A stretch of DNA of 64,000 nt from Candidatus Latescibacterota bacterium. Its GTDB lineage: Bacteria; Latescibacterota; UBA2968; SICM01. A model generated the notes under the pieces. It made no database searches. It was not told the origin of the DNA and worked only from the letters and a program-made list of their open reading frames with translations. Below are positions 1-11,427 of this stretch, one piece after another. The DNA lies in assembly GCA_965217865.1 (NCBI GenBank), contig CBDCJO010000002.1, forward strand, positions 4,064,001 through 4,128,000. Reading direction: 5' to 3'. The position numbers and the translations under genes were made by a program. Numbering within the stretch: the first letter of the stretch is position 1; each line of letters begins with the position of its first letter.

Positions 1-133
1 CCCCTTTTGGGCCATCCCATAGCCCTATTCTAAATATAGCCCTGGCTAATCTGTTTGTCAACGAGATTTTAAGGCTCTCAACCGATTTCCGATAGGCCTC
101 GCGACCGAGTGGGGGCATGAACGAGGGTGAAAA

Positions 134-955
134 ATGGAAGATCAGAATCAGGATACGGACTTGAAAGGTATGACGATCCTCGTCGTGGATGACGAACCCG
201 ATGTTTGCGGGGGAATCGCGGAGTTTCTCGTGGACCACGGGTTCGACGCGGCCGTGGCGGTGGGGGGGGCGGAAGCGATTTCAATCTTGGAGGGTGCCAC
301 GTATGATCTGGTTGTCTCGGACATCCGGATGCCCGCGCTGGACGGGATGGCGCTTTTGCGGAAGGTCAAGCACTCCTGGCCTGCCGCCCAAGTCATTTTG
401 ATGACGGCATACGCTTCAAAAGAGACCGCTATCGAAGCCGTTCGGCTCGGAGCTTACGATTATATCGAAAAGCCGTTCGACGTCGCAGACCTGTTGAACG
501 CGATCACGAACTGTCTCACGAGCATCGCGTTGAAGCGTCAGAATGAGCTTCTGCTTGAGCAACTTCGAGAACACCAGCGCTTCCTGGAGAAGCGGGTGGA
601 GGAGAAGACAAACCAGGTTCTGGAGCACGAATTGCGGTTGGCCCGGGTAGAAACCCTACGGCAGCTCCTCACTACCCTGGCACATTATATCAACAACGCA
701 AACGGGGCCATCTGGAGCTATGCGGATTTCTGCAAGGAGACCGGCAAGGAATTCAAACCCGATGGACAACGCCTCGTCGATATCTGCTTGAAGGAAGGGG
801 GAAAGGTGACCGCCGTCATCCAGAGCCTGGAGGAGGTCGCAGAGCAGATGGACTTCAAGATGGTTCCCTATATCTCCGGGTCCGAACGCACGATGTTCGA
901 TATCCAGGAAAGAATCGAAAAGAAAATCGCGGAGTTGGAGTCGCATAAAAACTAG
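134..955 (+). CDS. Response regulator: receiver domain, coiled coil and HisKA-like H-box, no ATPase domain
   Basis: ILVVDDE...SDIRMP...KPF receiver motifs; LAHYINN H-box-like segment near the C-terminus. Confidence 0.85.
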   Translation: MEDQNQDTDLKGMTILVVDDEPDVCGGIAEFLVDHGFDAAVAVGGAEAISILEGATYDLVVSDIRMPALDGMALLRKVKHSWPAAQVILMTAYASKETAIEAVRLGAYDYIEKPFDVADLLNAITNCLTSIALKRQNELLLEQLREHQRFLEKRVEEKTNQVLEHELRLARVETLRQLLTTLAHYINNANGAIWSYADFCKETGKEFKPDGQRLVDICLKEGGKVTAVIQSLEEVAEQMDFKMVPYISGSERTMFDIQERIEKKIAELESHKN

Positions 956-1111
956 GGGTCGGAGGCCAGAGGTCAGGGGTCGGAGGTCAGGTGTCGGAGG
1001 CCAGAGGTCAGGTGTCGGAGGCCAGGGGGAATTGAAGATTGAAGTAAGACCCTTCCGCCTAGCCCCACCGGAATACAGAATACAGAAGTCAGAAGAAGAG
1101 CTAAATTCAAC
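953..1111. repeat. Intergenic mosaic: GAGGTCA/GGGGTCG/GAGGCCA heptamers, GAAGATT unit and module A
   Basis: Tandem 7-mers at 956-1024; module A (GACCCTTCCGCC..CCCCACCGGAATACAGAATACAGAAGTCAGAAGAAG..TAAATTCAAC) at 1047-1111 recurs elsewhere in the window. Confidence 0.9.
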
Positions 1112-1115
1112 TTAA

Positions 1116-2594
<1,479 letters not shown>

Positions 2595-2692
2595 TGGATG
2601 CAGCCCAAATCGATTATGCCTCAAGAATTAAGGCATTCTGCCGATTCATGTTGTAAGGCTGCCGATCGCGGCCTTTTCGCATTCCCGCCCAA

Positions 2693-2724
2693 GCCCCGGA
2701 AGCTTTCTTCCGGGGCCTTTTTTT
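2693..2724 (+). terminator. Rho-independent terminator of proS
   Basis: GCCCCGGAAG-cttt-CTTCCGGGGC hairpin followed by a T run. Confidence 0.85.
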
Positions 2725-2782
2725 ATTTTTTATTCTACAAAGGCCTTCCCGGAAGTGCCCACGCGGGCAGTTGGGAAAGGGC

Positions 2783-2811
2783 TTGACAACCGTGGGGCTA
2801 TGTCATACATT
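2783..2811 (+). promoter_or_regulatory. Sigma70-type promoter for tRNA-Arg
   Basis: TTGACA-17 bp-TACATT about 60 bp upstream of the tRNA. Confidence 0.6.
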
Positions 2812-2872
2812 TGGGGGCGTAACTTATTATAACCCTTAGGTATAACCCTTAGGTTTTTCGGCTCAGGTGAAT

Positions 2873-2946
2873 GCGCCCATAGCTCAATTGGATAGAGCAC
2901 CTGACTACGGATCAGAAGGTTGGGGGTTCGACTCCCTCTGGGCGCG
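2873..2946 (+). tRNA. tRNA-Arg(ACG), CCA not encoded
   Basis: Acceptor GCGCCCA/TGGGCGC, D arm AGCTCAATTGGATAGAGC, anticodon loop CT-ACG-GA, T arm GGTTCGACTCC. Confidence 0.96.
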
Positions 2947-2960
2947 CTTTATAATGAGAT

Positions 2961-2994
2961 GGGTTACGAAAATCACTCGTAACCCTATTTTTTT
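2961..2994 (+). terminator. Terminator after tRNA-Arg
   Basis: GGGTTACGA/TCGTAACCC stem plus T tract. Confidence 0.8.
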
Positions 2995-3026
2995 GGTCCA
3001 GCGTTTACTTCATTTGGACTTCCGAT

Positions 3027-3350
3027 ATGAAGAACACGACCGATCTCAACAGCTACACCCACCTGCGGAATGAGGTACTGCATCTGCTTCAGGAAGGCAT
3101 GGACCGGGCAAAACGGGCGTTGAGCAGGAGACCCTGCGAACCTACCGGAGGATCGGGCAGCTTCTTCACGATCACATCCTGCCGCACCGGGACCGTGCCG
3201 GCTACGGGGAAGGCGTCGTGGTCCAGCTTGCCCGGGATGTCGGTATTAGCAAGAGTCTGCTGTATCAGATCCTGGCTTTCTATCGGTCTGACTCAATTTT
3301 CCACACGTGTGGAAAATTGGGTTGGAGTCACTACCGAATTCTACTGAGCT
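3027..3350 (+). pseudogene. DUF1016/YhcG-like N-terminal fragment, frameshifted and truncated
   Basis: Frame 3218 reads QLARDVG..LLYQILAFY...KLGWSHYRILL, the WSHY motif of DUF1016; the sequence switches to a TPR-gene copy at about 3350. Confidence 0.7.
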
Positions 3351-3534
3351 CGTCGTCCCTTCCGAAAAGGCCGAGTCCTTTCAAGGTTTCCAGGACTTGC
3401 TCAACCTGATGAAGCCTCTCCTCTCCCGAGATTGGTTCAGCCAGCGCCTCTCTGAGCAGCGCTTCATCCTGGAACTCCTGATTGCCGTTCAATTCCCGGA
3501 TCAGATCGTCGATGTCCAAGCTGTTCTCAGCCAA
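3331..3534 (-). pseudogene. Truncated third TPR paralog (N-terminus only)
   Basis: Near-identical to the first 61 aa of ORF 4112..4777, including the upstream leader (about 3351-3572 matches about 4594-4815). Confidence 0.85.
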
Positions 3535-3602
3535 CCTGCTTCCTATTTCGAAGGTTCAAACCTGTGGGAAAGTATTTCTTTAATCATCAAGTTCTATCCA
3601 GA

Positions 3603-4777
3603 TTAACCACGAGACTCTCGACGTGGTCGATCCGCCATAGCGCCAAGTTTTCGAAAACCCGACAAGGCAGTCTCGAAAGAGGATCGGGCTTGGTCAACGT
3701 CTCCTTTGGCCGCATGCATCTTCCCCATGTCCCGATAGGCCTCAGCCTCAGTCTGAGGATCGTTGTATTCTTTATTCAGACGAAGGGCGTCCTGAAACAT
3801 CTGCTCTGCCTTGGACCAATCCTTCCGAAGTGTGAAAACCCTCCCCATAAGTCGATAAGCATCCCCTTCCATCTGTCGGTCTCCTAGTTTCTTGCAGAGC
3901 TTTAAACCCCGTTCACAGAGGGAGGCTGCGGTCGAGCTGTCCTCCCATTCCAGCATCATCTCCGCGCGCGCCCAGTAGATTTTTGCCATCACCTCTAAGA
4001 AACCGAATTCCTGTGCGATCCCAAACCCGCGATCGAAACAATCCATTGCCGCGTCCCAGTTTCGACTGTCGACATAGGTCATGCCCAGGTTTTGATAAGT
4101 GCCTGCCACCATTAGGTCGTTGCCCTCATTCTGATACATACTGAGACAATCCTGATACCGTTCGACTGCTTCCGCGAAGTTCCCCTGGATGGTGGCCAAA
4201 ACAGCCAGGTTATGGGTGACACCGGAGACAATCCCCGAAATTTCAGCCTGTTGGCAATGGCCAATGACTCCTCGTAAGCTCTAGTCGCCGCCTCATAGTC
4301 ACCCCTCTGGTGAGAGATGTTCCCTCGACTCAATATCACTCGCGCCTGCCAATCCGCATCACCCAATTTCTGCCATGCTCTCAAACTTCGGTCAAGGTAA
4401 TCCAGTGCCTTATCCCAACGATTCCAATGCTTGCATACTAATCCCAAACCGAATAAAAGTTCTGCAATCTTAGGTTTGTCATCAAGTCGCCCGGCAAGAT
4501 CTAATGCCGCTTGGTAAATCTTATGGGCTTTTTCCAAATGTGAGACTCGAAAGTATGTTCGACCAAGGGTCAACAGAAGGTGCAAATCTCGTTTGTCGTC
4601 CCTTCCGAAAAGGCCGAGTCCTTTCAAGGTCTCCAGGACCTGCTCAACCTGGTGAAGCCTCTCCTCACCCGGGATCGGTTCAGCCAGCGCTTCTCTGAGC
4701 AGCGCTTCATCCTGAAACTCCTGAATTCCATTCAGCTCTCGGATCAGATCATCGATATCCAAGCTGTTCTCAGCCAA
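3603..4777 (-). CDS. TPR-repeat protein split by a frameshift near 4200-4240
   Basis: ORFs 4112..4777 and 3603..4199 together align end to end with paralog 4888..6084. Confidence 0.8.
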
Positions 4778-4887
4778 CCTGCTTCCTTTTTCGAAGGTTC
4801 AAACCTGTGGGAAAGCCTGATCCCAAAAAAATAGGAGAATGTCAATAGACATCTCCCGCTTCAGATATCTTTGTATTCCTTGAAACA

Positions 4888-6084
4888 TCAGGTTTTGTCG
4901 AGATCCACGAGGAGACCTTCGACTTCAGCAACATCCCCCTTCGCCCTCAATTTCCGAAAACCGGACAAAGCAGTCTCGAAAGATGACCGGGCATCCATAA
5001 TATTCACTCTCGTCGCATGCATCTTTCCAATATCCCGGTGAATCTTTGCGCGGATAACGGGATTGGAATACTTTTCGTTAAGACGGAGAGCCTCCAGGAA
5101 CAGGCTCTTGGCAGTGGTCCACTGCTTTCGCAGGGTGAAAACCCCGCCTAGAAGCCGATACGTATCTACCTCACCCAGACGATCCCCCGTCTTCCGGTAG
5201 ATCTCCAAAGCCCGTACACAAAGAGAGGCCGCCAACGAGCTGTCCTCCCAACCCAGCATCAACTCAGCCCTGCTCCGATAGATGTTCGCCATCATACCCA
5301 GCTGCCCCTTCTCCTGCGCGATCCTGAAGGCACGCTCATAGAAATCCAGGGCCGCATCCCAGTCCCGCTTGCCTGCGTAAGTAATCCCCAAATCCAGGTA
5401 GGTTTGTCCCAGGCACCTTTCATCTTCATTTTCCTGGTACGTCGCCAAACAGGCCTGGTAGCTGATCAGCGCTCCATCGAAATCCCCCAGGATCGTTGCC
5501 AGGCCTCCCATGTGCTTGCTGGCATCGGCGACGGTCTGCCGGTCTCCCGCTCTTTCCCCTAAGTCCAACCCCCTCTCATAGGCTTCTGTTGCAGCCTGGT
5601 AGTCCCCCCTTTGCTGGAAAATAACCCCCTGAATCAACACAGCACCCGCCTCGCCACGCTCGTCTCCCAATTCCCGGTAGATCTTCAGGCTCCTTCCGAC
5701 ATATTCCTGGGCCTCTTCCCAACGGCCCCAACGAGAGAGAAGTGAACCCATCCGCCAATACAACTCGGCCCGGCAGCCATCATCTTTAAGCCGCTCGGCG
5801 AGGTCCAGCGCCTTCTCGTAGGACTCATATGCCTTCTCCAGGTGGGAGAGCCTATCGTAAGTGCGACCCAGTACCAGCAGCAGATTGAGGTTCAGTGGGT
5901 CGTCCTTTTCCAATAGGCCGATCTTTTTGAAGGTCTCCAGGACATTCTCAACCCGCCGGAGGCGCTCTTCTGCGGATACGGGTTCCGTTAACGCGGTTTC
6001 GAGAAGGTCCTCGTCCCGCACAATATCCTGAAGACTGGTCAGGTCCTGGACCAGGGCGTCCACATCCGGGCTTTCCGTCGGCAA
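4888..6084 (-). CDS. TPR-repeat protein with novel N-terminal helical domain
   Basis: 398 aa; repeated G..Y...G.Y..A...Y..AL TPR units; AAGGAG RBS before the TTG start. Confidence 0.9.
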   Translation of the reverse strand: MPTESPDVDALVQDLTSLQDIVRDEDLLETALTEPVSAEERLRRVENVLETFKKIGLLEKDDPLNLNLLLVLGRTYDRLSHLEKAYESYEKALDLAERLKDDGCRAELYWRMGSLLSRWGRWEEAQEYVGRSLKIYRELGDERGEAGAVLIQGVIFQQRGDYQAATEAYERGLDLGERAGDRQTVADASKHMGGLATILGDFDGALISYQACLATYQENEDERCLGQTYLDLGITYAGKRDWDAALDFYERAFRIAQEKGQLGMMANIYRSRAELMLGWEDSSLAASLCVRALEIYRKTGDRLGEVDTYRLLGGVFTLRKQWTTAKSLFLEALRLNEKYSNPVIRAKIHRDIGKMHATRVNIMDARSSFETALSGFRKLRAKGDVAEVEGLLVDLDKT

Positions 6085-6308
6085 TATCTACTCCTTAAGG
6101 TTGATTATCTCCTATTTCTTGAAACCGGGTAAAAGGAGTGTGCCGGTTAATATATATAAACCGGAATTTAGATCAAGAATTATCGCACTCGGTTGCCGTA
6201 AGGATCTTTGACCATCTTTACCGGCCAATCACGATTTGTTCTCGCTTGACCTCCGGCTTCCAGCAGGCTAAATTGGATTCCTGAATTAATTTATCCTCAA
6301 GTAAAATC

Positions 6309-7730
6309 ATGAGTGCTACGGATCATCGGCTTCATGGTGTGCCCATGTCTGTCAGCGTGATAGTCATCGATGGCAATTCCCAACTGTGCCGCCGGCTCGA
6401 AACCTTTTTAGACGGCCACGGACACCGGGTGCGGACGGCAACCTCCGGAGAAGAAGGCCTCGCGCTGTGTAGCCGGGAGATGCCTGCCCTCGTGCTCCTC
6501 GACCTGCACCTCCCTGGAATCGACGGGATGGAGACACTGCGTCGGATCAAAGAGATGGACCGCAACTGTCGCGTAGTCATGATTACGCATTATGACACCG
6601 CTCGATCCGCCGTGAAGGCTATGAAACTCGGTGCCGAAGACTACATCACCAAACCCGTCCCCCTCGAAGAGCTCCGCGCGCTCGTGGAAAAACTGGACGG
6701 GACACGGTCGAAAGATGAGTTTCTGAGAGGAAAGGGGCTCGACGAGATCGTAGGAGATAGTGCTGCGATTCACCATCTCTTCGAAATGGTCCGCCGAATC
6801 TCCAGGACCTCCGCAACCGTCCTGATCACCGGGGAGAGCGGAACGGGTAAGGAACTGGTCGCCCGGGCGATTCATCTGAACAGCGAGCGGGCAAAACGGC
6901 CGTTCCTGTCTATCAACTGTGCCTCCATCCCGGCCAACCTCCTGGAATCAGAAATGTTCGGCTATGAGAAAGGGGCGTTTACCGATGCGAAAACACAAAA
7001 AAAGGGGCTGATCGAGGTTGCGGGGTGGGGGACCCTTTTTCTGGATGAGATCGGACTGATGTCCCTTGATCTGCAGAGCAAAATACTCACGGTCCTGGAG
7101 ACCCTTCGATTCCGTCGGTTGGGGGGAATTGAGGAACGTTCAGCACACGTCCGATTTATCGCGGCAACCAATAAAGATCTTGAAAAGGCAATAAAGACCG
7201 GAGAATTCAGGGAGGACCTCTACTATCGCTTGAATGTCATCCCCATTCAACTCCCTCCCCTTCGCGAGCGACGGGATGACATCCTCCTTCTTGCCGGACA
7301 TTTTCTCGACCAGTACAGCCGTCTCCACAATATGAACAATCGGGAATTGTCCCCGGAGGCCAAAGCACTCCTGATGACATATCCCTGGTCAGGAAACGTG
7401 CGTGAGCTGAAGAATGTCCTTGAACGGGCGGTGCTTCTGTCAGACGGACCGACCATCGATGCCGCCGACCTGTTCATCTATCGCTCTCCCCATCTTGCGG
7501 AACCCATCAAGCAGGCCTCGATAGAGGTTCCTGAGACAGGCCTGATCAACATCTCCTTCCCACCATGGGGTCTCCCACTCGAGGACCTGGAACGGCAGGT
7601 GATAGAGGAGGCATTGACCCATGCGTGTGGTAATGTCTCAGGCGCGGCCAGACTCTTACACCTGAGCAGGGACACCCTTCGCTACCGAATGCATAAGCAC
7701 GGAATCAGAATCTCAATCAGTAAAAAATAA
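6309..7730 (+). CDS. Sigma54-dependent response regulator (REC-AAA+-Fis HTH); start probably 6345
   Basis: GESGTGKE, GAFTDA, FREDLYYRLNV, WSGNVREL, C-terminal HTH LRYRMHKHGI. Confidence 0.95.
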   Translation: MSATDHRLHGVPMSVSVIVIDGNSQLCRRLETFLDGHGHRVRTATSGEEGLALCSREMPALVLLDLHLPGIDGMETLRRIKEMDRNCRVVMITHYDTARSAVKAMKLGAEDYITKPVPLEELRALVEKLDGTRSKDEFLRGKGLDEIVGDSAAIHHLFEMVRRISRTSATVLITGESGTGKELVARAIHLNSERAKRPFLSINCASIPANLLESEMFGYEKGAFTDAKTQKKGLIEVAGWGTLFLDEIGLMSLDLQSKILTVLETLRFRRLGGIEERSAHVRFIAATNKDLEKAIKTGEFREDLYYRLNVIPIQLPPLRERRDDILLLAGHFLDQYSRLHNMNNRELSPEAKALLMTYPWSGNVRELKNVLERAVLLSDGPTIDAADLFIYRSPHLAEPIKQASIEVPETGLINISFPPWGLPLEDLERQVIEEALTHACGNVSGAARLLHLSRDTLRYRMHKHGIRISISKK

Positions 7731-7765
7731 TTGGGCGATATCCCCCAATTAGCGATTTCCCCCAC
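7729..7765. promoter_or_regulatory. Putative enhancer (UAS) for a sigma54 activator
   Basis: AATTGGG-CGATATCC-CCCAATT dyad plus a second GCGATTTCCCCCA copy, about 140-170 bp upstream of a -24/-12 promoter. Confidence 0.5.
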
Positions 7766-7898
7766 CCATATATATCCGTTGCATGTGGATATATATCGAT
7801 CTTTTTCGATTATAATTTTAATTTATTAGACTGAAAGACAATTGGTTACATTCTTTTCGGATTTATGAGATAGCAAGATCGCCCGTCTCAAATTCAGA

Positions 7899-7914
7899 CG
7901 GCACATCCCTTGCA
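7899..7914 (+). promoter_or_regulatory. Sigma54 (-24/-12) promoter
   Basis: CGGCAC-ATCCC-TTGCA with exact GG-N10-GC spacing. Confidence 0.75.
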
Positions 7915-8039
7915 TCAATTTGGGGTTGGCAGGCCAAACCCTCCCCCCATTGCCTTTGCGTCTTCCTGAAAACTCAGAGCACCCATTCCCTTACGGCACA
8001 ATCTAAATAGTAGCAATATAGCAGCTTTGGAGATATGCT

Positions 8040-9041
8040 ATGCGAAGGAAGATATTGGAGGGTGACGGGATCGTTGGTCGAAGTGAGCTGATAACGACCA
8101 CTCAGCAGATGATGAATAAAATCGCTCCTTCCGATGCCACCGTCCTGATCACAGGAGAGAGCGGAACAGGCAAAGAGCTGGTCGCTCGTGCCATCCACGC
8201 CCGCAGCTCCCGAAGTGATCGCGAGTTTATACCCGTGGATTGCGGAGCTTTATGCGCCCAGATCATGGAGAGTGAACTGTTCGGACACGTCCGTGGGGCG
8301 TTCACCGGAGCCTTAGCAGAAAAACCCGGCCTGGTGGAGTCTGCCAGGGGGGGTACCCTGTTCCTGGACGAGATCGGAAATCTGGATGCGTCCCCCCAGC
8401 AGAAGATCCTCCGTTTTCTGGAATGCGGCGAGTACCGACCGCTTGGAGGGGTGACGCTTCGTCGGTCTGACGTCCGCGTCATCTCGGCCACTAATAGGGA
8501 CCTTCGTCAAGACGTTCGGGATGGGCGCTTCAGGGAGGATCTTTTCTATCGCCTGAATCACTTTCACATCTCCCTCCCGCCCCTGCGTGAACGAAAGGGG
8601 GACATCCTGCTTTTGATCGATCACTTCCTTGACAAAGTGGCAAAAAAAATTGGCCTTCCCCATCCGGAGATCGGGCCGACCACTATGGAGGCACTGATGA
8701 GTTATACTTGGCCCGGCAACATCCGGGAGCTCGCCCATACAATCGAACATATGGCCCTCATGGCCGAAGGGCCTTGCCTGGGTTATCAGGACCTGCCGGA
8801 AGACGTCCGAAACGAAGTTCCTCGCGACGGCGACCGAGACCAGGTCACTCGCCACTATCGGGAAGCCCGGAAGCAGACCCTCGACGCCTTTAACGCAGCG
8901 TATGTCTCCGGCGCCCTCCGGAGAAATTTGGGAAACGTGACTTTCGCGGCCAGGGAAAGCGGTCTCCGCAGGCAGTCGTTCCAGGGCCTGATGAAACGTT
9001 ACAGCATCCTGTCGAAGGACTTCCGGCCAAGCCTATTCTGA
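8040..9041 (+). CDS. Sigma54 enhancer-binding protein lacking an N-terminal input domain
   Basis: Begins directly at the AAA+ domain; GESGTGKE, GAFTGA, WPGNIREL, HTH. Confidence 0.92.
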   Translation: MRRKILEGDGIVGRSELITTTQQMMNKIAPSDATVLITGESGTGKELVARAIHARSSRSDREFIPVDCGALCAQIMESELFGHVRGAFTGALAEKPGLVESARGGTLFLDEIGNLDASPQQKILRFLECGEYRPLGGVTLRRSDVRVISATNRDLRQDVRDGRFREDLFYRLNHFHISLPPLRERKGDILLLIDHFLDKVAKKIGLPHPEIGPTTMEALMSYTWPGNIRELAHTIEHMALMAEGPCLGYQDLPEDVRNEVPRDGDRDQVTRHYREARKQTLDAFNAAYVSGALRRNLGNVTFAARESGLRRQSFQGLMKRYSILSKDFRPSLF

Positions 9042-9060
9042 AACTTTCTATGGATCTCTA

Positions 9061-9745
9061 TTACCATCCCCCAGTACTGTAGGTTTCGGCCATTTCCTCA
9101 AGTAACCACTTTTCTCCATAATATTTATCATCCAACGTGTAACCAGAAAACCCCGGAACGCCTATCGTGACCGTCGTAATGGCGATCTTTTTCCCGTCGA
9201 CCTCCCGAAACGCGACCGATACCTCCTCGATCACACCTCCCGAGATATGGTAGGCCTTCAACGCATCGTAATCCAGGTGATTTCCGATCAGAACCAGCGT
9301 CAACCTGGCCGGCGGGCGGAATCCGAGTCCCTTCGGCCAGAATTCGACCCCCACATCCTCCAAGGGTGTATCCCGACGACACCCTCATGAGGATTTCCAC
9401 ACTCCCGGCACTTTCGGCGATCGACCCTTCCTCCACCTCGAACCGAGCCGACCTGACCTGGAGTTGGTTTAGACGGGCATACTGTCTGAAGTAGACCGAT
9501 AGTTTTCTTCTGGATTCCTCGGACGAATACCAGCTCGAGGCCTTCCGGGTCTGGATCCCGCCGGTGGCGGTTTTAGCCGCCCGCGGAAGACTCTTTGAGG
9601 AATCGATCGTTCTTTGCGAGAAGGTGATCCCTAGCGGTCCGTTGTTCGAAATCCCTTGTCCCTCCACCCGAACCTCAGACCTCGTCCCCGGACCCAGGGG
9701 GACTTGAGAAATGTCCCCGCAACCGACCGCCAGGGCGATTCCCAC
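9061..9745 (-). CDS. Hypothetical lipoprotein, frameshifted near 9365; true start uncertain
   Basis: Lipobox LAVG-C; ORF 9128..9745 (..SSGYTL) continues naturally into 9061..9363 (EDVGVEFWPKGL). Confidence 0.6.
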
Positions 9746-9789
9746 CGCTACAAGCCCCCCAAGGATGGGGGCAGTCCCCTGGTTTACGC

Positions 9790-9996
9790 GCCTTCGATCT
9801 TCAATTCCCCTGACCTCCGGTTTTGACTTTTCCCGACCCTAATCCCCGACCTCTGACCCCTGGTGAATTTAGGTCTTCTTCTGACTTCTGTATTCTCCGA
9901 CTTCTCTGACCCCTGACTTCTGACCTCTGATCCATGCCTTTGCTTTCCTGCTACTGCTACTGCCTCTTCCCTTCTCACGTCTGACGTCTCACGTTT
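9790..9996. repeat. Intergenic heptamer/module mosaic
   Basis: TGACCTC/TGACCCC/TGACTTC, CTACTG and CTCACGT units; partial module A at 9862-9896. Confidence 0.85.
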
Positions 9997-10696
9997 CCCG
10001 ATCCGTCGGCACCGCTTCTAGAATAAGCTTCCTCAAATCGTCCAATCGATAGGGTTTGCGAAGGAAGCCGAACGGCTTCAATGTCTCCAGGTCCTCCTCA
10101 TTGTAGGTCGCCGATACAACCACGATCGGCAATCCCGGGTACCCGGCCTTTACTTGTGGCAGAAACTCCCGTCCGCTCAGGACCGGCATCGAACAGTCGC
10201 TGATCACCAGGTCAGCCCCTTCCCGCTTGAGGATCTCGAGGGCCTGAGCCCCGTCCCCCGCCTCGATCCCCTGGAGACCCAGCCGCTCGACCACGGTCAC
10301 CATCGTCTTGCGCAGCTCGATCGCGTCTTCAACGATAAGGACCTTCCGTTTCTTCTCAACCAGCTCGGCCGCCACCTGCAGGACCGCATCGATCTTGAAC
10401 GGCTTGGCGATAAAGGCGTTGAAACCCGCCGCGAGGGCAGCCTGGGGATCGAAGTCCCCCGAAATGGCCACGACGGGTAAGAGAGGATGGCCTTCCCGAA
10501 CCCTCTCCAGGAGTTCAAGGCCGCTTATGCCCGGCATGTCGATATCCGTGATAACCAGATCCACGGACTCCCTTGAAAACAGATCCCACCCCTCTTCCCC
10601 GCTGGAAGCCTTGAAAACAGTATACTCGGTTTCGAGCAGATGCTCAAGGAGATCCAGCACCGTCAGGGTGTCATCTACGATAAGAATAACCGGCAT
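9989..10696 (-). CDS. Dual-receiver response regulator
   Basis: Two REC domains (ILIVDD..TDIDMP..KPF; VLIVED..SDCSMP..KPY). Confidence 0.92.
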   Translation of the reverse strand: MPVILIVDDTLTVLDLLEHLLETEYTVFKASSGEEGWDLFSRESVDLVITDIDMPGISGLELLERVREGHPLLPVVAISGDFDPQAALAAGFNAFIAKPFKIDAVLQVAAELVEKKRKVLIVEDAIELRKTMVTVVERLGLQGIEAGDGAQALEILKREGADLVISDCSMPVLSGREFLPQVKAGYPGLPIVVVSATYNEEDLETLKPFGFLRKPYRLDDLRKLILEAVPTDRET

Positions 10697-10734
10697 CGTT
10701 CACCTCCCTGCCCACTTGGTCATAGCGGGCAAGT

Positions 10735-11405
10735 TCAGACCATGAGTTTAATGATCGTCCCCCCGATCTTAACCAGGTCTTCGTTCTTCAATATTACGGA
10801 TCCCCCGATTCGCTCTCCATTCACGAAGGTTCCGTTGGTGCTGCCCAGGTCTCTAACCCTGAATTCCCCGCCCTCATATCCAATCCTTATATGTCTACCC
10901 GAAACCTGGTCGTCGTCCAACACTATGTCGCTTGATGCGTCCCTCCCGAGAAATCGTTCCTGTTGTGAGATAAGGTACTCTTTGGAGCTCTCCCCTTCAA
11001 GAAAAATCAGTTTCGCCAGGGGTCCCCTATTCCCCAGAATCCCGGAACCACAAAATCTACAGAAGGGACTCGTGCCTGTTTTGATTTCACCCCCGCAATA
11101 TACGCATTGTGTCACGACTGGCACCACGGCCTCTGGTATCTTGTTCTGGTATCCCGAATCAAATTTTCGAGCTCGCCATCCCCAGGCCGCTCCTGGAGGA
11201 CCTTCTCCCACGCCGCCACAGCCTGTGGAAAATCACCTTTTTTGAAGTAGACCATCCCCAGCTTGTACTGGACATCGGAAATATTAAGGGTTTTCTGAGT
11301 GCCGATTGCGCCGCCCCCATCGGAGGGTGACATTCGCTCTCCGCATTCAGAACAGTATCGATCTTCGATCTCAAAGATCGCGCCGCATTCAGGACAGTTC
11401 TTCAT
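10735..11405 (-). CDS. Zn-ribbon/TPR/Zn-ribbon/FHA protein, frameshifted near 11140
   Basis: CPEC..CSEC and TPR in 11112..11405; CVYC..CRFC and FHA motifs LGR..VSGRH..DLGSTNGTFVNG in 10735..11211. Confidence 0.8.
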
Positions 11406-11427
11406 TCAACTCCTCGGCTGCCTGCTT

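Noticed and set aside
953-1111. Repeat arrays as CRISPR
   Set aside because: There is no constant 25-45-bp repeat with unique equal-length spacers anywhere in the window, and no cas genes.
2873-2946. Integrated element at tRNA-Arg or tRNA-Glu
   Set aside because: I noticed no duplicated tRNA 3' end and no integrase within the window.
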